Part shown: positions 41,863-52,164 of the stretch, piece after piece
How positions within the stretch are numbered: position 1 is the first letter of the stretch
Layout: each line of letters begins with the position of its first letter
Assembly (NCBI GenBank): GCA_017609645.1
Contig: JAFCDQ010000002.1
Coordinates: 65,260-129,259 of the forward strand
Direction: 5' to 3'
Length of the DNA: 64,000 nt
Source of the DNA: Candidatus Woesearchaeota archaeon
Lineage (GTDB): Archaea; Nanobdellota; Nanobdellia; Woesearchaeales; ARS49
The notes under the pieces: model-generated
The model's database searches: none
Seen by the model: only the letters and a program-made list of their open reading frames with translations
Told to the model about the DNA's origin: nothing
Position numbers and translations under genes: made by a program

Positions 41863-42768
41863 ATGAAGTTTGAGCAAATTGTAGTCTTGGATGATATAAA
41901 TATTTCTGATAGTTCTATGGCCGAACTTGAGAATTATTCAGAAAAACCAGTCAGAACTTTTGATTCTCATCCAAAAGACAACAATGAAATAAAAGAAAGA
42001 TTGGCTGGTGCAGATTGCGCCTTACTAAGTTGGAAAACACCAATAGATAAAGAATTGCTTTCTACATGTACACATTTAAAATTTATTTGTCTCTGTGGTA
42101 CAAATTCAAATTGTATAGACCTTGAAGAGTGTAGAAAAAGGAATATTATTGTATCCAACATTGTTGATTATGGAGATGAAGGTGTTGTGGAGTACATTTT
42201 TTCCCAACTTCTTAATTTAGTGAGGGGTTTTGGTAAATATCAATGGAAAGATTATCCTGCTGAACTCAGTGGAAAAACCATCGGAATTATTGGCCTTGGA
42301 GCTGTTGGAACGTTACTTGCAAATGCCGCTTTAGGTTTTAAGATGAAAGTTCTTTATAATACTAAAACAAGAAAACCTGAATTAGAGGAAAATGGATTAA
42401 TCTTTGTTGATAAAAAGGAACTTCTGCAAAAAAGTGATATAATAAGTTTGCAAACTCCAAAGAATGTTAAAATTCTTGAAAAAGGGGATTTTGACTTGAT
42501 GGACAAAAAGATACTTGTCAATACTACGTTGGGAAAAGCTTTCGAAGAAGCAGATTTTAAAGAATGGATTAAAAGACCAAGTAATTTTGCAATTATGGAT
42601 GCTGCAACAAGTAAGGATTTCCAAAGAGAATTTCAAAACTTAGAAAGGGTTATATTTTCTGATATTATAGCTGGAAGAACTAAAGAATCTATTTTAAGAT
42701 TAAGTCAAAAAGTTTTAGACAATATTTCTTCTTTTCTTTCAGGAAAACCAATCAATAAAATTAATTGA
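41863..42768 (+). CDS. D-isomer-specific 2-hydroxyacid dehydrogenase family protein
   Basis: ELSGKTIGIIGLGAVG Rossmann motif, SDIISL and LVNT. Confidence 0.85.
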   Translation: MKFEQIVVLDDINISDSSMAELENYSEKPVRTFDSHPKDNNEIKERLAGADCALLSWKTPIDKELLSTCTHLKFICLCGTNSNCIDLEECRKRNIIVSNIVDYGDEGVVEYIFSQLLNLVRGFGKYQWKDYPAELSGKTIGIIGLGAVGTLLANAALGFKMKVLYNTKTRKPELEENGLIFVDKKELLQKSDIISLQTPKNVKILEKGDFDLMDKKILVNTTLGKAFEEADFKEWIKRPSNFAIMDAATSKDFQREFQNLERVIFSDIIAGRTKESILRLSQKVLDNISSFLSGKPINKIN

Positions 42769-42778
42769 ACATCAAGTT

Positions 42779-42810
42779 TGCATATTTTGCTTATAATTAT
42801 TAATTTTTTT
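42779..42810. repeat. 32-bp direct repeat, copy 2
   Basis: Matches 41782-41813 with one mismatch. Confidence 0.8.
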
Positions 42811-42815
42811 CTTTC

Positions 42816-43997
42816 TTAAAAACAATTAATCAATATCATTAGTAATAAACAACCCATAGCATGCGCTCTAGAACAACCAGTTAATTGAGGTAAAAGGCCA
42901 ATTGCTGCAGAGATTATGAATACAATCACGCCAAACCAACCGCAAAGCAAGAAAGTAATAATAATTAGGAAGAGAATAATTGTTTTGCACATTAATTTAT
43001 AATTAATCTTAGAGACAATCTTTGCAAATATTTTTACTAATAATAAAGCAGTAATTGCAGCTAAACCTGCTGCAAACAATAAAACACCTGCATAAAGAAT
43101 AAGTTTTATTGGAGTGAAAGTTCCTAAAGATTTCAAAACAACAACTGCTCCATTTCTTGCTCTATCTACAGTAAACCACGCTGCAAAACTCATAATAACA
43201 TCAACAGTACTCATACTGCCAACAAGCATCAAATATTCTTCAGCTTGAACACGAGCAAAAAAAGAACTAGAAATAGCAGCACCCTGCGCAGGACCTAAGC
43301 CTGGAAATAGAATTATTGTTGAACATGCCAGCACACTAGCAAAAGTAGTTTTCCTTATTGACTTAGATTTTGCATTAGAGCCTGCTTTTTTTTGCTCAGG
43401 AATCTTACCATCTCTAGGCGCTAATAATAATCCTGCTGCACCAAACATACCTGACAACAAAGGAAAAAGAGCATTTTTAATATTAGCATTGAAAACAATC
43501 ATGCCAAGACAACCTGCTAACAAAAAAACAACAACAGCCCAAGACTTTTTTTTGAAACTTGATTCTTTAAAGATTAAGAAAATCAGAATTGCTAATAAAA
43601 TCCAAAACAAATAAGGCTTGATGAATTTCGTGCCAAAAGGAATGAAAAAACTTAATATTGGCAGGATTAATAATGCTAATAACAAGCCAGAGATGCTGCC
43701 CATAACAGTTAACAAAACAGCTCTAGAACCTTTTCCTTCGTGCAATAATTTATGGCCAGGAAGGACTGACATAACAACAGCAGGATCAGGAGCTCCTAAG
43801 AATATTGATGGAAGAGTATCTAAAATAGAATGAGTAACAGCCATCGCAACAATCATAATAGAAATAAAAATAGGATGAAAAGGAAGAGCTGCAAGAAGAA
43901 CTGCAACAAGATTAACATGAATACCAGGAATCAAGCCAGTGAAAGTTCCTAAACCAATACCTGCAAAAGCTCCTAACAAAATTTCACTTAAAACCAT
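42816..43997 (-). CDS. Archaeal TctA-family (DUF112) membrane protein
   Basis: TGLIPGIHVN, PSIFLGAPD, LPGH.LL..GKG and R.HAMGCL. Confidence 0.85.
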   Translation of the reverse strand: MVLSEILLGAFAGIGLGTFTGLIPGIHVNLVAVLLAALPFHPIFISIMIVAMAVTHSILDTLPSIFLGAPDPAVVMSVLPGHKLLHEGKGSRAVLLTVMGSISGLLLALLILPILSFFIPFGTKFIKPYLFWILLAILIFLIFKESSFKKKSWAVVVFLLAGCLGMIVFNANIKNALFPLLSGMFGAAGLLLAPRDGKIPEQKKAGSNAKSKSIRKTTFASVLACSTIILFPGLGPAQGAAISSSFFARVQAEEYLMLVGSMSTVDVIMSFAAWFTVDRARNGAVVVLKSLGTFTPIKLILYAGVLLFAAGLAAITALLLVKIFAKIVSKINYKLMCKTIILFLIIITFLLCGWFGVIVFIISAAIGLLPQLTGCSRAHAMGCLLLMILINCF

Positions 43998-44280
43998 CTA
44001 TAATAAACTCCAACTTGCCTTGATAATCCTGCAAATGGCCTTCAAGCTTAATGAAAGAATCTTTGCTAAGGTTTAATTCATTAAAAGAAACTAAAGTTAG
44101 AGGTTCTGAAAGCTTAAGATCAATAAAAGTAACTTTATCTGTGCTTGTAGAGCGTTCAACAAAACCTTCAATAGTGATAGTAGTTTTTTCATCAGGAGAC
44201 AAGAAAGCACTAGCAAGAACTAGCAAAGGGAGGCCTAGTAGGATAACTAAAATCGCTAGTGCTAATACTTGTTTCTCCAT
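43984..44280 (-). CDS. Membrane-anchored OB-fold protein
   Basis: N-terminal TM, then ITIEGFV...IKLEG..QDYQGKLE. Confidence 0.7.
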   Translation of the reverse strand: MEKQVLALAILVILLGLPLLVLASAFLSPDEKTTITIEGFVERSTSTDKVTFIDLKLSEPLTLVSFNELNLSKDSFIKLEGHLQDYQGKLEFIIDGFK

Positions 44281-44429
44281 CAGTTATTGATAAAAAATGT
44301 AATTAAAGTAATTTCAGTAGAAAAAATTGAATATTTTTAGTTTAAACTTGAAAATACCTGCAAAAGAATTGAAAATAATTTGAATTTATCTAAGTAATTC
44401 ATATAAAAAACATTTTCCTTACAAATTCT

Positions 44430-44585
44430 ATGAAATGGGAAATATCAATAAGTGAATTCGACGATAAAGAAGGTAGAAAATACAAAGTAACAAGAAGATT
44501 GCCAGAATTTGGCATTTCAGAAACTAAACTCTTCAAAACAAAAAAATCAGCAAAGAAACAATTTGAATATTGGTTAAACCAATAA
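44430..44585 (+). CDS. 51-aa hypothetical protein (not in ORF track)
   Basis: MKWEISISEFDDKEGRKYKVTRRLPEFGISETKLFKTKKSAKKQFEYWLNQ with a TATA-like ATATAAAA about 25 bp upstream. Confidence 0.6.
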   Translation: MKWEISISEFDDKEGRKYKVTRRLPEFGISETKLFKTKKSAKKQFEYWLNQ

Positions 44586-44879
44586 CTCTGCCTTTTTTTG
44601 AAGAATCTCAATAAGTTCAGGCTGTTCAACGCTATAAATATCTTTGATACCTAAAGAAATAATCTTTTTTTGCAAATATTCTTTAGGAAAACGCTTGGAA
44701 ATCTCTTTTCTCTGCTCATCTTCCATCACAACAACTAAATCAGCCCAAGAAAGCTGAGATTTGGTTAAAGGCTTTTCATTATACAAACCAGCTGATTTAG
44801 TCTGAAATTTAGCTTTGAAAAGTTTTTCAGCTGTTTTGCTTCTATGCTTATTTTGATTACAAATGAATAAAACCTTCAT
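44574..44879 (-). CDS. Low-molecular-weight protein tyrosine phosphatase-like protein
   Basis: VLFICNQNKHRS (CX5R), SAG, WADLVVVME and LGIKD. Confidence 0.88.
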   Translation of the reverse strand: MKVLFICNQNKHRSKTAEKLFKAKFQTKSAGLYNEKPLTKSQLSWADLVVVMEDEQRKEISKRFPKEYLQKKIISLGIKDIYSVEQPELIEILQKKAELLV

Positions 44880-45038
44880 AAGAAAGCAATAAGTTGGCTG
44901 AATTTAAAAAATTTCATAAGAAAAAACCAGAGTGCGCCTGATTGCAAGGTAAATATTACAAATTAACTGGAAAATACACATTGCACTGGACATCTGCTTT
45001 CATAAGACTTTTAAACCAGCTGCTAAATTTATAACTTC

Positions 45039-45842
45039 ATGGAAAAAAAGAGGCGGCTACTTAGTCCTAGTTCAATAAAGTGCTATAAGCAATGCCCAAG
45101 AAAATACTATTATTCCTACATATTAGGAATACAAGCACCACCCAACATACATCTAGTAAGAGGAAACATAGCACACAGTGTTTTAGAAAACTTCTTTGAC
45201 AAAGACATGAACGGAATTAGATTAGAAACAGCAGAAGCACAATTAAAAATCCTAATACAAGAAATGTTAGTTGGAGAATGGGAAAATTACAAAGAGAAAT
45301 TAGAATTATTAAAATTAGAAAAAGACAAAGAAATATTTTATTTTGAAGAAACACTAATGATGTTGTTTAACTGGACAGAACAATTTCTTGAGAAGATAAA
45401 TTTATTATCAGGAAATTTTGCTGAAAGATTTAAGATTCTTACACCAATACGAGAGCAATTGTATGAATCAGAAACACATGGAGTAAAAGGATTCATAGAT
45501 GCAATAGAAAACAGAGACGGACATATTTACTTAATGGATTATAAAACAAGCAAAAAGTTTGGAATGGCAGAACATTTACTTCAGTTAGGAATTTATAGTC
45601 TTCTTTATTTTGAGAAACATGGTGTGTTGCCAAAAAAAGTAGGAGTCTATTTCTTAAAAGACAAAGAAAAAGTCAAGAATGTTGATGAAGAACTTCTTGA
45701 AATGGCAAAAAAAGAAATAAAGAAAACGGCAGAATTGGTCAAAAGCAGAAGTATTGAAGATTATCGAAAATCAGTTTCTGGATTATGCAAATACAGCACA
45801 GGAAAGTGTGAGTTCTATGATATTTGCAAACCTCATAATTAA
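45039..45842 (+). CDS. Stand-alone PD-(D/E)XK RecB/Cas4-like exonuclease
   Basis: LSPSSI...CPRKYYY, G..AH, GFIDAI, DYKT, QLGIY and a C-terminal Cys cluster. Confidence 0.88.
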   Translation: MEKKRRLLSPSSIKCYKQCPRKYYYSYILGIQAPPNIHLVRGNIAHSVLENFFDKDMNGIRLETAEAQLKILIQEMLVGEWENYKEKLELLKLEKDKEIFYFEETLMMLFNWTEQFLEKINLLSGNFAERFKILTPIREQLYESETHGVKGFIDAIENRDGHIYLMDYKTSKKFGMAEHLLQLGIYSLLYFEKHGVLPKKVGVYFLKDKEKVKNVDEELLEMAKKEIKKTAELVKSRSIEDYRKSVSGLCKYSTGKCEFYDICKPHN

Positions 45843-47095
45843 TTAGATTTAGATTGTGTCTGGGTTTGAGTTTGAAGTCCTGCATTTTTTTTAATTCTTG
45901 CTTTATTTAATTTTGGAGGAGCTTTTGCAGCAAAATAATTAACAACACGGAATTCAATAGTAGTTTCCATTTTTGTTAAATCCACACCAATTCTTTTCAC
46001 AGCATCTTTAACTTGTTTTTCATAAACTTTATATTCATCATTCATACAAAAATAAACGAGTGCATTTTCAACAATTTTTTTATCTTTATGCTTTATTAAA
46101 GACAGAAATTCATTAACATATTTTAATTGCTTATCTTTTTTAAAATGAAACTGGTATATAGCAACTCCGAGAATAGAATTATTTTTACTTTTTAAATAAG
46201 GTAATAATTTATCACTATTTTCAAATTTATTAATATTTGTTATTTTCCAACAACTATAAGCTTCGTCAGTAATACAACCTAATTCTTTCAAAAGTTTAGC
46301 TTTTTTATCCATTAAAATATAATTTTCTTTTGTATCTGCAACATCCTTATTCATAACAAAATCTGTCATTGTTGCAACATCTTCATTAATATTACCTGCA
46401 CCATCAGGTGTTGCAAAACTATACCTGGATTCTCTTTTATCATCTTTCCACTTTACTGCTAATCCCTTTTTATTACAAGGACCAAGCAAATCTTCATCAC
46501 CAAAAACATCTTTTAATTTTCTTTTCTCTCCATTAATAATTGTTTCAATATTATTCCATTTCTCTTCAATTTCTTCAACTTGTTCAGCTCTTTCTTCATC
46601 AATGTAAGTTAAATGAATGGCGTGACCTGCAATTTCATGATTAATACTGCTTTTATCTAATGCGAAAAAAGTAATTTCATTTTTAAAATAGCCGCAATGA
46701 CCTCTTTGTTCTAAATCTTTATAATTAACTTTTTCTTTATTTTCATCAGAAGGCATAGCAAGAATAATGTCATAATTGCCAAGTTTTTTTATTGAGTCTT
46801 GAGGCATTTTTTTAAGACAATTAATTAATTTTTCAATATTTGCTTCAGTTAAATTTTCTACTTCTCCCTTAAGATCAAAATTAGGATATAATTCTTCAAA
46901 TCTCTTTTCGTGAGAAGTCGTGTGTTTTTCATCAACACTTTCCTCTCTTAAATCTTCAGCATAAACAAGAGCATCAACTTTTTCAGAAGGCTTAGATTGA
47001 GGATTTAAAAGATAATCTACATTACTGCAGCCAAAAGCACTAGCTAAACCTGCCAGAAATCCTATGAATGCAATAAATCTGCCTCTTAATGTCAT
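45839..47095 (-). CDS. Exported protein with putative zinc-metallopeptidase motif
   Basis: Signal ending AFGC, HEIAGH and downstream NEDVA. Confidence 0.6.
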   Translation of the reverse strand: MTLRGRFIAFIGFLAGLASAFGCSNVDYLLNPQSKPSEKVDALVYAEDLREESVDEKHTTSHEKRFEELYPNFDLKGEVENLTEANIEKLINCLKKMPQDSIKKLGNYDIILAMPSDENKEKVNYKDLEQRGHCGYFKNEITFFALDKSSINHEIAGHAIHLTYIDEERAEQVEEIEEKWNNIETIINGEKRKLKDVFGDEDLLGPCNKKGLAVKWKDDKRESRYSFATPDGAGNINEDVATMTDFVMNKDVADTKENYILMDKKAKLLKELGCITDEAYSCWKITNINKFENSDKLLPYLKSKNNSILGVAIYQFHFKKDKQLKYVNEFLSLIKHKDKKIVENALVYFCMNDEYKVYEKQVKDAVKRIGVDLTKMETTIEFRVVNYFAAKAPPKLNKARIKKNAGLQTQTQTQSKSN

Positions 47096-47204
47096 GGAAA
47101 AGGTTAGCAGTTTCTAATTTATAAATGTTTCGTTGTTTTAACTACTTAAGAAAGATGACAAATTAAGGATATAGCTTTTTAAATATCAATAATTTAACAA
47201 AGCT

Positions 47205-47765
47205 ATGGCAGGATTTGCAAAAGAGGTAGCAAGTGTTCTTGAAAATATTGGATTAACAACAGTCATAATACCTTTTGCATTAACATTTATCATAATGTTC
47301 TCAGTACTGCAAAGAACAAAAGTACTAGGCAGAAGAGAAGGAAACAAACCAAAAACAAAACTAAATGCAGTGTTTTCATGCGTAATAGGATTTATAGTAA
47401 TAGCATATGCAGATACTGTTCAAGTTTTCAACAGAGTAACACAATACGGAGTTGTACTGTTAATTGCAGGATTAATCATCGCAATGGTAATGGCATTCTC
47501 AGGATTTCCAGGATTAAAAAAATTAAAAATATTCAGAGCACTAGGATTAATAGCATTTTGTGTGTTTGCATTTTATGCATTAGGAGCATTTGAACTAATA
47601 GACATATCAAAAATACAATCAAACATAATAATACCATTAATAGCCGTCGTGACATTTATCGTTGTTGTGTATATTATTATCAAACCCTCTAAAGGAAAAC
47701 CATCAGCGAAAAAACCTTCAAAAAAAGAAGAAACACCTGTGACACCAGAAGAAATTCCTGTTTAA
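47205..47765 (+). CDS. Hypothetical multi-pass membrane protein
   Basis: IIPFALTF...LQRTKVLG and about five TM helices. Confidence 0.7.
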   Translation: MAGFAKEVASVLENIGLTTVIIPFALTFIIMFSVLQRTKVLGRREGNKPKTKLNAVFSCVIGFIVIAYADTVQVFNRVTQYGVVLLIAGLIIAMVMAFSGFPGLKKLKIFRALGLIAFCVFAFYALGAFELIDISKIQSNIIIPLIAVVTFIVVVYIIIKPSKGKPSAKKPSKKEETPVTPEEIPV

Positions 47766-49048
47766 GCTGCTTTCTTGAATTTAACACCAATAGGATTTGA
47801 AATTTTAATCTTAGGAGTTGTAGCTGTTTCAGGACGGTTTTCAATTTCAACCTCTTCAACAGTATACAAATAAGAATGCATATCTTTGCCGCCAGTTCTT
47901 AAAGCTTGAACTTTAATATGCTCAGCCAAATGAATATCTTTAATTTTATTCTCATGAACATGACCTGCACTCATAACATCTAAATTACCTTTTTGAATCT
48001 GTTCCATAACAACAGCTTCAAGACCAATACCTGATCCGCCTAAATCCTGCTTAGGATCAAAATCATGCGCTCTTAAATGAGGCAAAGCACCATTATGATT
48101 AACAAGGAAATTAAAATCATTATTTTCCAAACGCTTAAAAACAGGAGACTGAGGAACAGCATTCTGCATTTCCTCCTGTAAAATTCTCTTAAAATGATCA
48201 TCCTGCATTTCAGGAGATAATTTATTAAATTCTGGATCAGACTGCAAATACATAGCAACATTTTGTTCAACTTGTTTCTGAAGAATATCAAACTCTCCAT
48301 TTTTATCATATAATTCAATAAATTCTCTAGGAAAACAATTATAATTAGGCAAATTAGCTGCGCCAGCAATCCTTAAAGGACCAATTTCCAAAGGAGTTTG
48401 TCTTTTATCAAGAGAAATAAATTCCTGTCCATCATGAATATAATTAAACAAACCAACATCATGATTGCCGTCAACAAATAATTTTTTTCCATTGAAATTA
48501 GATAAAGCTTCTTTAACAGCAGGCGCAAGAAAGTCTTTGAAATAAGTAGTTATTAAATTCTTATAATTATCATAATCTTCTTTCAAAACTTCTGTTCCAA
48601 TAGGCTCCCATTTTTTTCTTTTCTTAACAGCAGACATAACATCTTTCTCACCATAATCTTCAAAGACACTAATGTAATGCTTAATAACTTCACTTCTCTG
48701 GTCAGAATTTTGCTCAGCAAATAATTTAGCATTTTCCAAACCACCTAAACTCATAATATGACTGCCTACTTCACTTAAAAATACCTCTTTCTCATCTAAG
48801 AAAGCTTGAATAAAATTCTCTAATTTTTCTTTATAACTCTCAGCAGCATAACTAATTGTATGATCTTCACTTTCTTCTAATAGATCACCTTTATACAAGA
48901 AAACATCAGCACCTTTACTTGATGCATAATCAGCAGCAGCTTTAAGCTCTGGAATAGTACACTTATAAGTATCAGAAGCTTTGTCGTAATCCACCTTTGG
49001 CGCAAGGTGATAATCTGATCCATCGAATACTTTCACACCTTTTTCCAT
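47762..49048 (-). CDS. Calcineurin-like metallophosphoesterase with large inserts
   Basis: SDYH, KGDL, GNHD, NH and GHVHE motifs. Confidence 0.8.
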   Translation of the reverse strand: MEKGVKVFDGSDYHLAPKVDYDKASDTYKCTIPELKAAADYASSKGADVFLYKGDLLEESEDHTISYAAESYKEKLENFIQAFLDEKEVFLSEVGSHIMSLGGLENAKLFAEQNSDQRSEVIKHYISVFEDYGEKDVMSAVKKRKKWEPIGTEVLKEDYDNYKNLITTYFKDFLAPAVKEALSNFNGKKLFVDGNHDVGLFNYIHDGQEFISLDKRQTPLEIGPLRIAGAANLPNYNCFPREFIELYDKNGEFDILQKQVEQNVAMYLQSDPEFNKLSPEMQDDHFKRILQEEMQNAVPQSPVFKRLENNDFNFLVNHNGALPHLRAHDFDPKQDLGGSGIGLEAVVMEQIQKGNLDVMSAGHVHENKIKDIHLAEHIKVQALRTGGKDMHSYLYTVEEVEIENRPETATTPKIKISNPIGVKFKKAA

Positions 49049-49089
49049 TGTATAGAGTATAAGGCTTTAATCCTTTATAAAGCTTTCGG

Positions 49090-49743
49090 TTATTTGTTAC
49101 TTGAAAGTAGTGGTTTTAGCCAAACTTTAGCTACTTCAAAAACCACTCCTAATAATTCTGGCTTTTCTCGACAATAACTCTTTAATTCCTCAAACAAAGA
49201 CCCTCTAATCCAACTGATATCTTCATGATCTTCATAATTAAACATATTACCTATAACCTTAGCAGCAGGAATGGCTAAATTTAACTTATAAGGATGATTT
49301 TCATAAAAATCCGCTAATTCTTTGAATTCAGCACTAGTATAAATAATTTCAAGACCCACATATTTACTATTCAAATCTACTTCTTGTTTAATTGAAAGTT
49401 CAATAGTTTTTGTCTCAAAAACTGCATTTTCTGTTTTTTCAACTTCAACAGGCAAAGCTCTAAATAACTCTTCTTCAGCATGATTTCTTACTCTTTCAAG
49501 TTCTTGATTAATAACTTCTCCTAATTCAGGACAATACTCACTCAAAGCATTCCACTTGCGTATAGTATTTGGCCAAGGAGCTTGATGATATCCCATTGTT
49601 CCATGATTTTGATTTCCAGGAAAATTATGTGTTTCAGTTTTTTGAGCAACCAAAATCTCTTCACCAAAGTTATTAACATGAACTTTCATATCTGTCTTAA
49701 AACTATACTCTGAATTTTCAATATCATTATTTTCTTCTGACAT
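49090..49743 (-). CDS. Hypothetical acidic protein
   Basis: 217-aa ORF with TATA upstream. Confidence 0.65.
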   Translation of the reverse strand: MSEENNDIENSEYSFKTDMKVHVNNFGEEILVAQKTETHNFPGNQNHGTMGYHQAPWPNTIRKWNALSEYCPELGEVINQELERVRNHAEEELFRALPVEVEKTENAVFETKTIELSIKQEVDLNSKYVGLEIIYTSAEFKELADFYENHPYKLNLAIPAAKVIGNMFNYEDHEDISWIRGSLFEELKSYCREKPELLGVVFEVAKVWLKPLLSSNK

Positions 49744-49850
49744 AACAAGCTAAGCATACTTTTAATTTATAAATCTTTTGATTTGATTAACTCTAAAGTG
49801 ATGAAATGATAAAGAAAACATTTAAAAGCAAATAAAAGATAAACCCAAGA

Positions 49851-51692
49851 ATGGATTTCAAAACAACTGCAGACATCAAAGTGCCTGCTAAAATAGTAGA
49901 ACAAGTTCTAGGCCAAGAAGAAGCAGTAGAAATAATCAAAAAAGCAGCAAGACAAAGAAGACATGTCTTATTAATTGGCGAGCCTGGCACAGGAAAAAGC
50001 ATGCTAGGACTGGCTTTAGCTGAGTTGCTACCAAAAGAAAAACTAGTAGATGTCTTAGCATTTCCAAATCCAAATGATGAAAACCAGCCAATAATAAGAA
50101 CAGTGCCTGCAGGAAAAGGCAGAGACATGATTGCAAAATCAAGAATACAAAACATCGGCTTTTTCAAAAAACAAAATATCATAATCCTTGTATTATTAAT
50201 ATTAGTCATGATCGCGCCATGGTGGGCAAGATCATACTACAAAAGCGACTTAATGTTCGCAACATTCTTCTTAGGAGGCATGATCTTCTTAGCAGCAGTA
50301 ACAATGATGATGAGCATAGGCGGCAGAAGAGGAATAGGAATAGGCCAAAAATCACAAACACCAAAAATAATAGTAGACAATTTTGGAAAAAAAGAAGCTC
50401 CATTCTGGGATGCAACAGGAGCACATGCAGGAGCATTACTAGGAGATGTACTTCATGATCCATTACAATCAGGAGGCTTAGGAACACCTGCACATGAAAG
50501 AGTAATAGCAGGATTAATACACAAAGCAAACATGGGAGTTTTATTTGTAGATGAAATAGCAACATTAGCACCGCACACACAGCAAGAACTATTAACCTCA
50601 TTACAAGAAGGCAAATACTCAATCACAGGACAAAGTGAAAGAAGCGCAGGAGCAATGGTAAGAACAGAACCAGTACCATGCAACTTTATTCTATTAGCTG
50701 CAGGAAACATAGAAACAGTACAACACATGCACCCCGCATTACGATCAAGAATCCGAGGATATGGATATGAAATATACATGAAAGACACCATGAAAGACAT
50801 AAAAGAAAATCAAGATAAGATTGCCCGCTTTGTAGCACAAGAAGTAAAAAAAGACAAAAAAATACCGCACTTCACAAAAACAGCTGTAGCTGAAATACTC
50901 GACGAAGCAAGAAGAATGGCAAACAGAAAAGACCACTTAACTTTAAGATTAAGAGAACTCGGCGGATTAATCAGAGCAGCAGGAGACGTTGCAAAAGAAA
51001 AAGGAGCAAAATTTGTTGAGAAAAAACATATAATTGATGCTAAAACAATAGCAAGAACATTAGAAAAACAAATAGCAGACAAATTCATAGAAAGAAAAAA
51101 AGAATATGAAATAATAGTAACAAAAGGGAAAAAAATAGGAAGAGTAAACGGCTTAGCAGTAATTGGAGGAGGCGCACAATATTCTGGAATATTGCTGCCC
51201 ATAGAAAGCGAAGTAGCACCAGGAGGAAAAGAAAAGGAAATAGTAGCAACAGGCAAACTAGGAATAATTGCAAAAGAAGCAATCAAGAATGTATCAGCAA
51301 TAATTAAAAAATACTTTGGGAAAGATATCAGAAAATATGATATCTATGTTCAGTTTTTACAAACATATGAAGGAGTAGAAGGAGATTCAGCAAGCATAGC
51401 TGTTGCGACAAGCATCATATCAGCAATAACAAAATCACCTGTAAGACAAGACACAGCAATGACAGGCAGCTTATCTGTCCGGGGAGATGTACTGCCTGTT
51501 GGCGGTATTAGTGCAAAAGTAGAAGCAGCAATAGAAACAGGCATTAAAAGAATAATAGTGCCAGAATCAAACTTAAAAGACATAATAGTAGACAAAGCTA
51601 AATTAGCAAAAGTCAAAATCATTCCTGTAAATAACATAAAAGAAGTAATCAAAGAAGCACTAGATATGAAAGGCAAAAAATTAAGCCTATAG
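49851..51692 (+). CDS. lonB: Membrane-anchored ATP-dependent protease LonB
   Basis: GEPGTGKS, two TM helices, VDE, HPALRSR and the EGDSAS...SAK Ser-Lys dyad. Confidence 0.96.
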   Translation: MDFKTTADIKVPAKIVEQVLGQEEAVEIIKKAARQRRHVLLIGEPGTGKSMLGLALAELLPKEKLVDVLAFPNPNDENQPIIRTVPAGKGRDMIAKSRIQNIGFFKKQNIIILVLLILVMIAPWWARSYYKSDLMFATFFLGGMIFLAAVTMMMSIGGRRGIGIGQKSQTPKIIVDNFGKKEAPFWDATGAHAGALLGDVLHDPLQSGGLGTPAHERVIAGLIHKANMGVLFVDEIATLAPHTQQELLTSLQEGKYSITGQSERSAGAMVRTEPVPCNFILLAAGNIETVQHMHPALRSRIRGYGYEIYMKDTMKDIKENQDKIARFVAQEVKKDKKIPHFTKTAVAEILDEARRMANRKDHLTLRLRELGGLIRAAGDVAKEKGAKFVEKKHIIDAKTIARTLEKQIADKFIERKKEYEIIVTKGKKIGRVNGLAVIGGGAQYSGILLPIESEVAPGGKEKEIVATGKLGIIAKEAIKNVSAIIKKYFGKDIRKYDIYVQFLQTYEGVEGDSASIAVATSIISAITKSPVRQDTAMTGSLSVRGDVLPVGGISAKVEAAIETGIKRIIVPESNLKDIIVDKAKLAKVKIIPVNNIKEVIKEALDMKGKKLSL

Positions 51693-51751
51693 TTTTATGA
51701 TTTCTCAGTAAGAAGTAAAATTTAAATACCCTAAGATATACTAGAATTACA

Positions 51752-52117
51752 ATGATAGACATAATGGAAAAAAAAGACTGTCCATACTGCGGGTCAAGCA
51801 ATGTAGTATACAACCTAAGAGGTCAATTGATATGCAGAGACTGTGGTTTAATATTCGAACCAATAGCTCCATTGCCGCCACCAAAGCACAAGAAAGTAAA
51901 AAGAGCGCCAGTAAGAGTAGTGAAACGGAAAAAAGCAAAAGTAAGAACAAAAGCAGTAAGAAAAGCGCCAAAGAAAAAGCCTAGAAAGAAAGTAAAAGTG
52001 AAAAAGAAACCAAAAAGAAAAGTAAAGAAAAAGACTAAGAAAAAAGCAGTAAAGAAGAAAACTAAGAAAAAGGCTAAAAAGAAACCTGCAAAAAAGGGCA
52101 AGAAAAGAAAAAGATAA
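51752..52117 (+). CDS. TFIIB-type zinc ribbon fused to a Lys-rich histone H1-like tail
   Basis: CPYCGS...ICRDCGLI followed by about 75 aa of K/R/A/V/P repeats. Confidence 0.8.
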   Translation: MIDIMEKKDCPYCGSSNVVYNLRGQLICRDCGLIFEPIAPLPPPKHKKVKRAPVRVVKRKKAKVRTKAVRKAPKKKPRKKVKVKKKPKRKVKKKTKKKAVKKKTKKKAKKKPAKKGKKRKR

Positions 52118-52164
52118 AAAAATTAATTTTCTTTTTTTAAAATAGGGGGAAGTCTGGCAAAAAT

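Noticed and set aside
44876-45010. Three TTCATAAGA copies and a possible frameshifted zinc-finger remnant
   Set aside because: Too short and AT-rich to support; no coherent reading frame.
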